Shown here one piece after another: positions 50,345-60,640 of a stretch of 64,000 nt of DNA. A program made the translations under genes and the position numbers. The notes beneath the pieces were generated by a model. That model made no database searches. It saw nothing but the letters and a program-made list of their open reading frames with translations, and was not told the DNA's origin. Where the stretch lies: assembly GCA_963702845.1 (NCBI GenBank), contig OY969763.1:3104001-3168000 (forward strand), written 5' to 3'. Every line of letters starts with the position of its first letter. The stretch's first letter is position 1. The DNA comes from an uncultured Verrucomicrobiae bacterium (lineage in GTDB: Bacteria; Verrucomicrobiota; Verrucomicrobiia; Limisphaerales; Palsa-1400).

Positions 50345-50500
50345 GGCGATAAAAAATGACGTCGGGAAACCGGTGACCTTGCTTGCAAGGTGCCTGATAT
50401 CGGTGCGGGAAAGAGAGACGCGGCATACTCCCATCCCCAATTTGCTCCTTTCAGTCATAAGTCTGGATGGGAGCTTTTTGTTGTCTCCAAGGGCAAAGTT

Positions 50501-50715
50501 TGTCGGCATAATTTACAGAGATATATTTGACGCGTAAGTAGCTTTTAATGAGTGAATTGGATTTTTCTGCGACTTTCAGGTGTCGGAATACTTTTCATTT
50601 CACCAAGCGTCCGAAGGCAAGTTTCCATTCGCAATATTATAAACTAATCAATTGTTGTGTAAGCACTTAGGTATTAGTCGTAATATTCGATCGGGTGATG
50701 GGCACGGCTCCTGCT
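50501..50715 (+). promoter_or_regulatory. putative sigma54 promoter with upstream enhancer sites
   Basis: GGCACGGCTCCTGCT (GG-N10-GC) at 50701-50715; TGT-N11-ACA at 50501-50517 and the related TGTCGGAATACTTTTCA at 50581-50597. Confidence 0.65.
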
Positions 50716-50807
50716 AATAGTTTCTTGGAATAGGTCCTCAGGTATCGCGGAGAGAACGCGCTAATCGCGGGATACGACATTAATTGTAATCCAATACAAA
50801 AGATTAT

Positions 50808-51404
50808 ATGAAAAGAATACTAACTCTTGCAGTGATAGTCGGGGCTGGGTTGATAGCGATCAAAGCATCGGCGATTCCCTCTCTTACCCTAACAGTTGAC
50901 GGCAATTTGCCGCCTGGCACTACCGCCTATGTGCTGGGTGCCATAGATCCAGACCACCCGGCAAACCCTGCCTCTGAGGTTGATGCCATCACCTACTTGC
51001 TCACTTTGGGCCTTGGTGGCAGCGGTGCGCACGGTGGCAACATCGTCTATCGGTCTCAAAACAATTTCGGCTCGTTGCCTGCTCCAACGACTGTCAACAT
51101 GAATGGAACAGGCACCTCGACCTCGTTTATCGATACGGGATATACCTACCTGGTAGCGAAATACGACGGGCCAAACGGAGTAACTGAAGTGTGGGACTTG
51201 GCCGGCGTTGCGGCTGGCACGATGATCAACATCCCGGCGAACGCCTTCGGCACCGATAACGATCAGTACGGACTGTCGGGCTGGAACTTCTTCAACCAAA
51301 TCACGACCAACATAACGACTGTGCCGGACGGCGGCTCGACGGTCGCGTTGCTGGGTCTTGCGCTCGCCGGTGCTGGAGTTTTGCGCCGGAAGATACAAAA
51401 GTAA
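50808..51404 (+). CDS. VPDSG-CTERM (PEP-CTERM-like) exosortase-sorted protein
   Basis: Signal peptide; C-terminal VPDGGSTVALLGLALAGAGVLRRK. Confidence 0.9.
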   Translation: MKRILTLAVIVGAGLIAIKASAIPSLTLTVDGNLPPGTTAYVLGAIDPDHPANPASEVDAITYLLTLGLGGSGAHGGNIVYRSQNNFGSLPAPTTVNMNGTGTSTSFIDTGYTYLVAKYDGPNGVTEVWDLAGVAAGTMINIPANAFGTDNDQYGLSGWNFFNQITTNITTVPDGGSTVALLGLALAGAGVLRRKIQK

Positions 51405-51421
51405 TACCGGTTTCCTTCTTT

Positions 51422-51455
51422 AAAAAGGCGCAGGCTTTATAGCTCTGCGCCTTTT
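51422..51455 (+). terminator. intrinsic (bidirectional-type) terminator
   Basis: AAAAGGCGCAG...CTGCGCCTTTT. Confidence 0.8.
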
Positions 51456-51880
51456 GTCTTTTTCACGTCCTTCGTGCAAGGCAGAACTTCGCAAAAATGT
51501 CTGACTCACGCACATCCAATTACCCCAATTAAAAAGGCGCTGCTAATTCTGTTGTAGCAGAATCTGCCCGTATTGGTCAGTGCCTTGAAAGTAGCTGACG
51601 CCGAAATGGTAGCCTTGGGAAGCCGCGCTCTTGATCGCGGTGGTATTGTTCGCGTTGGCCGGATTCTTGAAAGGGAACGTAGAAGAGCCTTTGAGAATTG
51701 TCGAGGTAGGAAACTGTTCGACAGTGCCCTGGTTAGGGTTGACCGGTTGATGGCCAACGGGTGAATGAATAAGCCGGTGGTTGGCCGGTTACACGAACCC
51801 TACACTCTTTCCATATAGCTATGCTGAAGCGTTCAACTTTCTTGCGGCGACTAAACCTAACCGTTATAAAGCTAAAACAC

Positions 51881-53032
51881 ATGATCCCACGGGCGCTTTT
51901 CATTGCGACAATTCTTCTCCATACTGGCGCTGTATTTGCCGCGAGCTTTGACCACAAGTGTGGTTTATGTGGCAAAGCTATCTCAGGCGACGGCCCGCGA
52001 TACACTGTTTTCTCTAAATCGGAGATTGTAATTGGATACGTTAAAAGTGGCGCCATTTCTCCTTCACAAGCGCATACCAAATTCCTGAACGATATCGATT
52101 CTGGCGTCTATGTGCATCTCTGTGATACCTGCAACAACCTTTACAAGTTCTGTTCGGTTTGTGGCTTGCCAGTACCCGACGATACCATGCGCACTGGCGA
52201 CGGTCGCTTAATATGCGCGCGCGAAGCATCCGATGTTTTGATGGACGCAGTCACCGCCGACAAAATTTTTCAATCCGCGCAAAGAGAAGCGGTCAATCTG
52301 ATTAATAATTCCTTCGGCCTCAACCAGTCCGACGTCACGGTGCGGGTTGCTGATAATCTTAGCACCACTCGATTTATTTTTTCCGGCGACACGCACGTCC
52401 TCGCAATCAGCGAAACCCAAACGTCACGCAAAGGTGTCACTCACCGCGTTTTCGTGCGCACTGGCCAGACGAAGCAGCAAGCCTTCTACTCCTGCATTCA
52501 CGAATACACCCACCTTTGGATCAATGAGAACGTTGGTAACCACGACATCGAACCAAACACTATCGAAGGCATTTGCGAACTGATCGCTTACAAAGTTGCT
52601 GAACGGCGCAGCGATTCTGTCGCGCAAAAAATTATGCTCCACAACACCTACACGCATGGCCGCCTGCAGGACCTGATTCAATACAACACACGTGAAATGC
52701 TCTCCAAAGTTTTGGATTGGGTAAGGGATGGCACAACATATAAGCTGCCTAAACCGGACGTTCCGCTGGACATTCAGATCGCCCTCGCTCAAGCCGCTAC
52801 TCGTCCTCAGAAGCAAGTTGAAACGTTGAGCGTCAATGGGACGATCCACACCGCAAAAGGCACCCTCGTCCTTCTCACCAGCGGTTTGATTTTGGGCAAA
52901 GGAGAATCAGGCATGATTAAGATCAACGGCCAGAGCTCGAAAATTCGCTGCCTCGACATCAAATCCGACACCGCAGTGCTGCAATTCGAAAACTCCACGA
53001 ACCTGATCAATCTCACGCTGCAACGCCATTAA
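51881..53032 (+). CDS. secreted DA1-like zinc peptidase with LIM-like Cys motifs
   Basis: Signal peptide; CGLC, CDTC and CSVC motifs; HEYTH followed by EGICEL. Confidence 0.7.
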   Translation: MIPRALFIATILLHTGAVFAASFDHKCGLCGKAISGDGPRYTVFSKSEIVIGYVKSGAISPSQAHTKFLNDIDSGVYVHLCDTCNNLYKFCSVCGLPVPDDTMRTGDGRLICAREASDVLMDAVTADKIFQSAQREAVNLINNSFGLNQSDVTVRVADNLSTTRFIFSGDTHVLAISETQTSRKGVTHRVFVRTGQTKQQAFYSCIHEYTHLWINENVGNHDIEPNTIEGICELIAYKVAERRSDSVAQKIMLHNTYTHGRLQDLIQYNTREMLSKVLDWVRDGTTYKLPKPDVPLDIQIALAQAATRPQKQVETLSVNGTIHTAKGTLVLLTSGLILGKGESGMIKINGQSSKIRCLDIKSDTAVLQFENSTNLINLTLQRH

Positions 53033-53092
53033 TGGCGTTTTCTTAACTGTTTCGTATTGCCAGATTCCCCCTGTCAATTAACCTGCGCCGCG

Positions 53093-54466
53093 ATGAGTTC
53101 GGCAGCCATCGAGCACACCTATCGCTATCCGTTCGCGTCGGAGTTTATCGAAAAAGGCAAACGCGAACGTCTCCAACTCGCCACCTCTGGCGGCGCCGCG
53201 CAATATCCCTATTTTTTCCAGGGCCAACTCAAACATCCGCGCCTCACTGCGCAACTTCTTCGCACCCTTTCCAAAGTCGTCACCACCCGTTTCCATGTTC
53301 CGGCCGCAATGCTCCGCAAAATTATCCTGCTGAGCGATCCGGTCGTCACCAGCGGCGGCGGTATGATTCGTTTCGAGGGATTTTCGTCCTGCTGCTGTGC
53401 CTATGCCCGCGTTGATCTTAATCCCGACGCTTACGATGGCGTCGTCGTGGGGCAAGGGACGACCAACGTCGACTTCAACACCGGTATGCGCGCCGCTCTT
53501 GCGCAAATTCGAGACAACGAACGCGTCAGCCTCGCCGTCGGCACGGATGAAGTCGCACTTCTTCGCGGCGCGGAACAAGTGATCGAACGCAAAGTACCGC
53601 TGCCCATGCGTTGGCTTAAAGGGTTCGTAGAGATCCAATCCTACCAATCGCGCATGGAGTCGCGCGTCCGCCTTAATAAAATCGAAACGCTCCGTTTTCT
53701 TCGCTCCATCCCGCGTTCGACAATCGCCAAAACCGTCTACTGGATCGTGCCCACCGCCACCGCTCTGCGCCTCAGCCAGCGCGAAGCCCCGAATAGCCTG
53801 CGTGTCGCCGGAATCGAACGCCTCCGCCTCCTCGACGATCTCGCCCCACTCGCCGACGGTCTCACCGTTTTCGCCGATGCCCGCGGCGAAGCCACCGAAT
53901 GGCAGCTTCATTTCGGTCCGCTCACATTTCACCTCGCTCTCAGCGCCGAAGTCTGGCGCGGCTTTTCCGGCGAAGGTCAGGCCCTCAACGACCTCGCCTC
54001 AAAAGATCGCGACCGCCTTCTCAATCTCGTCAAGGGCCTGTTGAAGTGGCAGGCCGAAATTCGTCCCACCGAATTCGCCTTGAATTGGAAGACCAGCCCC
54101 GACGAACTTCGCCAGGCATTCGCGCTCCTTGGATCCCGTGGACTCGTCGGCTACGATCTTGGCCGCAACGCCTACTTTCATCGCGAACTTCCCTTCGACC
54201 TCAGCCTGATCGAAGCAATGCATCCGCGCCTAAAAAATGCGCGCAAACTTATTGACGCTGGCGGCATTCGCATCCTGAAGCAAACCGCGAAACTCATCGA
54301 AGCCGAGGTTCCAGGCAGCGATGTCACCCATCGCGTTCGTCTATCCGACGCCGGCGATCGTTGCACCTGTCCATGGCACGCAAAACACCAGGGCGCGCGC
54401 GGCCCCTGCAAACACATGCTTGCCGTTAAGATTTTCACTGGGCTGAATTCTGCCGATGGAAAGTGA
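53093..54466 (+). CDS. SWIM zinc-finger protein
   Basis: DPVVTS....RFEGFSSCC..YARVD, GTTNVDFN, WLKGF and C-terminal CTCPW...RGPCKHMLA. Confidence 0.88.
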   Translation: MSSAAIEHTYRYPFASEFIEKGKRERLQLATSGGAAQYPYFFQGQLKHPRLTAQLLRTLSKVVTTRFHVPAAMLRKIILLSDPVVTSGGGMIRFEGFSSCCCAYARVDLNPDAYDGVVVGQGTTNVDFNTGMRAALAQIRDNERVSLAVGTDEVALLRGAEQVIERKVPLPMRWLKGFVEIQSYQSRMESRVRLNKIETLRFLRSIPRSTIAKTVYWIVPTATALRLSQREAPNSLRVAGIERLRLLDDLAPLADGLTVFADARGEATEWQLHFGPLTFHLALSAEVWRGFSGEGQALNDLASKDRDRLLNLVKGLLKWQAEIRPTEFALNWKTSPDELRQAFALLGSRGLVGYDLGRNAYFHRELPFDLSLIEAMHPRLKNARKLIDAGGIRILKQTAKLIEAEVPGSDVTHRVRLSDAGDRCTCPWHAKHQGARGPCKHMLAVKIFTGLNSADGK

Positions 54467-54472
54467 GATCGC

Positions 54473-57264
54473 ATGCCTCTGGATATCGAAAAGCTCAAAA
54501 CAATTCTTCGCAAAGACGACGTCGATGCCGTCGTGAAATTCTTTGCCGGTGCGAGTGAATCAGATCGCCGCGCCGTCGCCCCGCGCGCTGTTGAATGGTG
54601 CCGTTTCCTCGAAGCGCATTGGCACGCGCGGTTCAACAAAAAAGTCGCGGCCGAAGTCGAGGCAAAGGGGTCGATCGCCGATTGGCACGAACTCGCGCCA
54701 ACCGCTTTTGCGGCAGCGCTGGCCTGTGGTGACATCAATGCGATCAAGGCGGTCGCGGACGGCTATGGACTTATGTACTTGGAAGCAGAGCCGCTGCAAT
54801 CAATCCTTTCCGATCGTCGTCCGCCATGGGTCGGCAAGTTCGTGGAACAATTGTGCGAACACGACCTCCGTCGATGGGGCGGGAATTGGAGACGAATTCG
54901 CTCCCTCGTTCGCCCCGGCCTTTGTCGGCCGCCTCTGCACGACAACTACATCCTGGCAGCGTTGAACGGCATTTGGCCGCGCTGGGAACAAGGAAAGCCG
55001 CGTCCAAAACTTACTGATCTTCTTCTCCAAGAACGCGACTGGCTGGAAAACGATTTCTGGCGCCTCTTCGAAATCGACGGCAACGGAGAAGTCAGCCTTG
55101 CCAACCACGACAAATACTGCAAAGAAGAGATGGGTTGGGCGCAAGCCCTCGTGGAACTTTCGCGCCGTGGCATTCTGTCTCGCGACCGCCTTCTTGACGC
55201 GAGCCTCTCAGCGCTTTCGCGCGACTTCATTCAATTTCGTTCCAGTTGGTTTTCGCGTTTCCACGAACTCCTCGAGCCCACCGCCACCGAACGTGCCGCG
55301 CGCCTCGATGCCTACCTTCGCCTCATCGGCAGCAGCATTCCGCCGACTGTCGCTTTCGCTGACAGCGCCCTCGTCATCATCGACAAAAACAATCCGATTC
55401 CGGCCAAAAAGTTGATCGATCATTTGCAACCTGCTCTGCATGCTCGCGGAAAAGCCGTCGTCAAGGACGCCCTCAAACTCCTCGACGCCGCCGCCAAACG
55501 CGAGCCTGCCGCGCGCAATAAAATTTCCCTCGCCGCGCTTCCTGCGCTCCTCAACGAAGCCACCGATGTTCAAAAAGCTGCGCTCGACCTTCTCGTTGCC
55601 CACGCCGACAAGAACGACCCAACACTTCGTTCGAAAATCGAAGAACATAGCGCTGCCATAGCTGCCAGCCTCAGGCCGAGGCTCGCTCAATGGCTCGGCA
55701 AGGCCGTTGCAAAATCCGCCACATCCATTCCTGAAACGGCGAAGATACACAAACAACTCAGCAGAATCGATCCGTCGCGCGCCATCGAGCCCGTCACCAA
55801 TCTCGACGACCTCATTCATCTTGCTTCCGCCGTTCTCGAAGACCCCGCCAATCCAATCGACATCGAACGCCTCCTCGATGCTGTTAGCCGCCTCTGCGAT
55901 CAACGTCCGAATGATTTCCTTGCTCGCACCGGGCCGTTGCGCAAACGCGCTCTGCAAAAGCGCGGCGACGAGGGACCTTCGTCATGGCTTGGCGATAAGC
56001 CGCTCGAGCGAATGCTCGCCATGTTCATTCAAACCTGGATTGACGGCGCCGATCGCTTCAATGAAATCGCTGAAGCATTAGGCCGCATCGGCAACGAACA
56101 AGGATTCATCTTTCGCTGCTTCACAATTATCGGCCGTCGCGTCGCCAGCGGTCGCACCATGCCTTTGCTTTCCGCGCCAACTCATCTTGGCGGTTGGATC
56201 GAACCGCGCGTTCTTGTCGAACGCTGGCTCGTCTGGCAAAAAGCCGGACTCGATCCTGACCCGCACGAGCAAATTCTCGCTCTCCTCCGCATCGCCCCCG
56301 AAGCTCGCGACAAGGCGTTGTCTGCCGCAAAAAAACTATCTGGTGAATCCGGCGACGCCGTACGCTTTGCCTTAGGCCAAAAACAAAACACCGGCAAAAA
56401 TGCCGGGCTCTGGCTCGCCGCCTGGCGCAGCCGCCAACCCTATGGCGACCTTCCGGAATTCGAGGCGAAGCATCCGCGCCTTGGTCCCGACGCTGGTGTC
56501 GCTGCGCAATACACCTGGACCGCCGGTTCCGAACACAAAAGCGCGGGCAACTACAAATGGATCACCCTCGAATTCGAACTCCGAATGACCATTCCACTTC
56601 CCCCAAAAGTGGACGAAGCTCTCCTCCCGATTTTATTCCACCAACCTGGCGACTTTAGCGACAACGGTGCCAGGAATCTCATCCGCTACGCCGCTCATCT
56701 CGGCTGGCGAATCGCGAATCCTTCTTCGCTCGCGCCTGCAAACAACTCAAAATCGCCGCCCAGTGGGCTGATGTTGATGACCGCGACTACGCCGCCTACG
56801 TTGAACCGCTCGGCGATTCTCACACCGAACTCCACCCCATCGCCTGCCTCACATTCGCTCTCAGCCTCGCCGCCGAAGACAGCGCCCTTCGCAGCCTCGC
56901 CCAGGACTCGCTCATTGCCGCAATCTCAGAATCGCGCCTGAATCCCGCCGACCTCGGCCAAACTATGTCGCGCCTGCTCGAAAGCGGCTTCAACAAATTC
57001 GCCCGCTGGTCCAAATCCCTTCGCGAGGCCTCCCGCATGTCTCCCCAACACGCCCGCGAATGCGCCCAACTTCTCATCCACACTTTGAAGGGCGACCCAA
57101 CCAAGGCCCCGCGGGACACCAGCGCCCTTCTCGAACTTCTCAACGAACTCCTCAACGAAACCAATTCCAAACTCGCCGATCCCGTTACGCGCCAATTCAT
57201 CTCTCAACTTCCCGCCGGTGGCAAAACCGCCAAGCTCGCCAAACAACTCCTGACTTCGCCGTGA
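54473..57264 (+). CDS. DUF6493-like large helical protein, frameshift near 56700
   Basis: WRLFEIDG, RDRLLDASL.AL.RDF...WF, ERLLD...R and LLSAPTH.GGWIEP..LVER motifs; the frame continues into ORF 56965..57264. Usual partner of this SWIM family. Confidence 0.75.
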
Positions 57265-57537
57265 CTTGGGTCTCATCAATGGGACAGTTTCTGATGTCGC
57301 CAGGAAATTCGTTTCCGCGATAGGGACGCCGTTTCAATTGTTCTGGAAAATTGAGCGGTGATTAATACCGGGAAGAGGTTAGTCAATTTCAATGGTCGTT
57401 CCCAGCGTAGCGCGGACTACGATCATCGCGTTCAATTGACAGACGAAGAACTTTTCCAGAAACTGCGTTATATCCGACCCGAACTGGGGCTTGAAATCCG
57501 TTGACGCGTCGCCGAGCGAGGTCTAAATCACTGGGCT

Positions 57538-60066
57538 GTGGGTTTGAATGAAAACCAGTTCTTCTCGGGCGCGACAGCGTACAAAAAGAAAGTTCCTATC
57601 AGTAGTTTGTCGCAATGGCTGATGTTGATGACCATGGTTCTGATGGCCGGGGCGGTTATGGGCGGCGGCAAAGTCAGCGATCCGATCAGCGTGGTCTTGC
57701 GGGAACCGCTTCCGCCGGAGCAGTTGAGTCTTTCCTCCAATTCCGCCGAATGGATCATTACCGGGCCGACGTTCACTTATCGCGTCCGGAAAAGTAACGG
57801 CGCAATCAGCGCGCTGCGCGTGTTGAACAACGGGCAGGAAGTCATAGGAACTACCAATCCCGTGGATGTTCAAATCGACGGCAATTATCGCCTGGCTTCC
57901 GACCTGACGACCGGCGAAATGGCGGTTGTCACCCAAGGCAAAGATAAGATTGTGATCCGTGGCCAAGGGGTTTTGCGTGACCAGGCCAAGGCCGGGCCGG
58001 AGGTGGATTATACGCTACTGCATACGTTCTTCGATGATGGCGTTGTGGTTTCAACCGTCAAATTAAAGCCGCGCCAGGATCTCGCGGTGCGGGAGGATGT
58101 CGCTTTTCAGGTTGAGACAAAAGGGGAGTTCAGCCATTACCTGCACAAACGACGCGACGAAAACGGAGGAGAAGCCGTTCGCGGAAGTCTCCCCGAAACC
58201 GGCCGAGCTGTCCACTTTTCGACGCTGACTTCCTGTCTGCAGGTTTTCAGCACGAGCGCCACGCTGGCGATATTCACCGATTGCGGCGCAACGCATGTGA
58301 GCAGACGCGACCTTGATACAGCCACGGTGGACGTGTTGAGCCGGGAACAGAAACACGTCGGACTTCGCTTGAGCCAGTATTTGATTCACGTTGCGCACGG
58401 GGACAAACCGTATCTGCTCAAGGCAGGTGAAGAGTTCAGTTTCCGTGTGGGGATCAGTGTTTCCCCAAACCGCATCGCGCATCGCCGGCAGCATGATCTG
58501 CGGATGTTCGCCTGGATCGGCGATGCGCAATATCCTTACGCCACCGACCAGGAAATCGAGTCCGTGGCCCGGGCCGGTTATACCTTGTTTCAAATGCATC
58601 GTTTGGGCACGCCGGGCGAACCCCGTCCGCCGTCCGGCGAACTCGAACGAGTGATCAAGAAAGTGCATGAGATGGGGATGCTCTTCCTTTGGACGGAGAA
58701 CGCCGACTTGATGTATGACAACGCGCCCGGCGTGCGGGAATTAAAAGCCAAGGGCCAGTGGCCGCTCTGGCAGGGCTTCAACATTGACGGCAATTACAAA
58801 GCGACGATGGACCCGTTTTGCAACCTGGCCTGCACTTGCATGGCTTCGCCCAACGGCCTGGCCGAATACCGATTGGCCACAATCAACCGGATGATGAAAC
58901 GATTCGATGTCGATGGCATTTATCTCGATGACAACATGGCTTACCCGACCTGCCGTCTCTGGCAGGAACACGGTCATCCCCAAAAAGTATATGACTGCCT
59001 GATTGAACTCCACGAGATGAACTGGCGGCGGCGGGAGTTATTGCGCCAGAAAAATCCTCACCAGGTATTGGTCAGCCATAACACGCGCGGGATTATCCAG
59101 CCGGTCATCTGTGATTTCGACGCGATTCTGTATGGCGAAGGCTATTCCTTCGGTTCGCTGGAGGACTACCGGGATTATTACCGGCCGGTTGACGGCATCC
59201 CGGCGCAAGGCATGATCTGGCCCGGCGGCCAGGACGCGGCCCGTTGCGCGGCCTCGGTGGCCTACAACTACGACCTGCTGACCGGCGGCGGGCAGTATTG
59301 CCACATAGACTGGCGGATGTTTCCGAAAAAATTTCCTTACGGCGCCGGCGTAACCGATACCGAGCAGACCTACGTTCGAACTTATAACCTGGCCCAATAC
59401 TATTTCGGACTATACGAGTCGAAACCGTTTTATTTCGCGGAAGCTTCCGAACTCTTCAGCACTAGCGCCCCTCAGACCTACGCGACCCTCTACCACAATC
59501 AAGTATGGAACGACTGGCTCATTCCCGTGGCCAATATGAGCACGGAATCTCGCAAAACTTCGCTGGAGATCCGCGCGCCGCAGACCCTGGGCATCGACCC
59601 GCAAGCCCATTATATTTTATTCAACATTCATCAACGAACGGTGAAGCGCCTGAACGGAGATCGCATCAATGAAGCCTTGAGCGAGATTGCGATTCCCGCT
59701 CAAAGTCTCCAGCTCTTGGGTTTGCGATCACTGCCGGCAGAAGGGCCATGCCATTTGTGGGGCGGCAAACGGCTTTCCGAAACATGGGACAGCCGGAAAC
59801 GCAAACTGACCCTGACCATTCAGGGACCGGCCGGTTTGCAGGATACGATTTTTATCGCGTGCGAAAACCAAGCCATCGATCAGATCAAAGTGAATGGAAA
59901 ATCCGCGTCGTTCTTCTTCGATCCGGCGCAACGGATGGCCCACGGGCCGGTGACCTTCACCTCCCGGCCCCTCAAAATGGAAGTCACCTGTTCATCGGAT
60001 GACGATAACAAGCTTCCCGCCCACCCGGCCGCGCCCGATCCATTGGGATACCTATTTGACCATTGA
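57538..60066 (+). CDS. secreted glycoside-hydrolase-like protein (TIM-barrel, DUF6067-like)
   Basis: Hydrophobic leader; VIKKVHEMGM and FDVDGIYLDD motifs; start codon uncertain. Confidence 0.6.
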   Translation: MGLNENQFFSGATAYKKKVPISSLSQWLMLMTMVLMAGAVMGGGKVSDPISVVLREPLPPEQLSLSSNSAEWIITGPTFTYRVRKSNGAISALRVLNNGQEVIGTTNPVDVQIDGNYRLASDLTTGEMAVVTQGKDKIVIRGQGVLRDQAKAGPEVDYTLLHTFFDDGVVVSTVKLKPRQDLAVREDVAFQVETKGEFSHYLHKRRDENGGEAVRGSLPETGRAVHFSTLTSCLQVFSTSATLAIFTDCGATHVSRRDLDTATVDVLSREQKHVGLRLSQYLIHVAHGDKPYLLKAGEEFSFRVGISVSPNRIAHRRQHDLRMFAWIGDAQYPYATDQEIESVARAGYTLFQMHRLGTPGEPRPPSGELERVIKKVHEMGMLFLWTENADLMYDNAPGVRELKAKGQWPLWQGFNIDGNYKATMDPFCNLACTCMASPNGLAEYRLATINRMMKRFDVDGIYLDDNMAYPTCRLWQEHGHPQKVYDCLIELHEMNWRRRELLRQKNPHQVLVSHNTRGIIQPVICDFDAILYGEGYSFGSLEDYRDYYRPVDGIPAQGMIWPGGQDAARCAASVAYNYDLLTGGGQYCHIDWRMFPKKFPYGAGVTDTEQTYVRTYNLAQYYFGLYESKPFYFAEASELFSTSAPQTYATLYHNQVWNDWLIPVANMSTESRKTSLEIRAPQTLGIDPQAHYILFNIHQRTVKRLNGDRINEALSEIAIPAQSLQLLGLRSLPAEGPCHLWGGKRLSETWDSRKRKLTLTIQGPAGLQDTIFIACENQAIDQIKVNGKSASFFFDPAQRMAHGPVTFTSRPLKMEVTCSSDDDNKLPAHPAAPDPLGYLFDH

Positions 60067-60385
60067 TAGCTTGCCCCCAGGGACACAGCGTTCAGGCAGA
60101 AATGTGTAATTATTTTGCCAATTGCTTCGACTCCCGATCGAAGGATGCCGGGGATTAGCCAACAGAATTTTCATCACGACCTCCTTAACATGCGGACGCT
60201 GACAACTCTGAAGGAGTTGCACCCCTCAGACCAGGGTTGGTTAGGGCAAAAGGGACCTACCATGGGTCAAAAACCAAAAACGAAGCTTCACGAAAGCGCG
60301 ACGAAGGAGTTAAACACCTTTCCACCTCAACGTCCGTTAATAAATGACGTGCCGGAGTCCGACCAAAAGCTCACGAAACCGGGCC

Positions 60386-60443
60386 TCGCCAAAAACCAAA
60401 ATCCCTCCCGCCATTCCGGAAAGTAATTTTGGCATCGCTCTAA
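60386..60443. mobile_element. MITE end fragment
   Basis: Reverse complement closely matches 48370-48429; shares the CCTCGCCAAAA.CCAAAA block with the 24014 MITE. Confidence 0.6.
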
Positions 60444-60640
60444 GCGACAAAAAATATCGTTTGCGAATGCTCGCCGAGTTTAACCCAGCAGGCCCTTTCA
60501 AATTTTTTGTAATGACTAAATGGTTGTCGATACTAAGAATCGACCCCTTTTCGCCATTTGCCGAACACGTTCACACTTTCGCGCCCGTATCGTTACGGAT
60601 AAGAAGGAAAAGCTAGATAGCGCACACGCGCCTCGTTATT

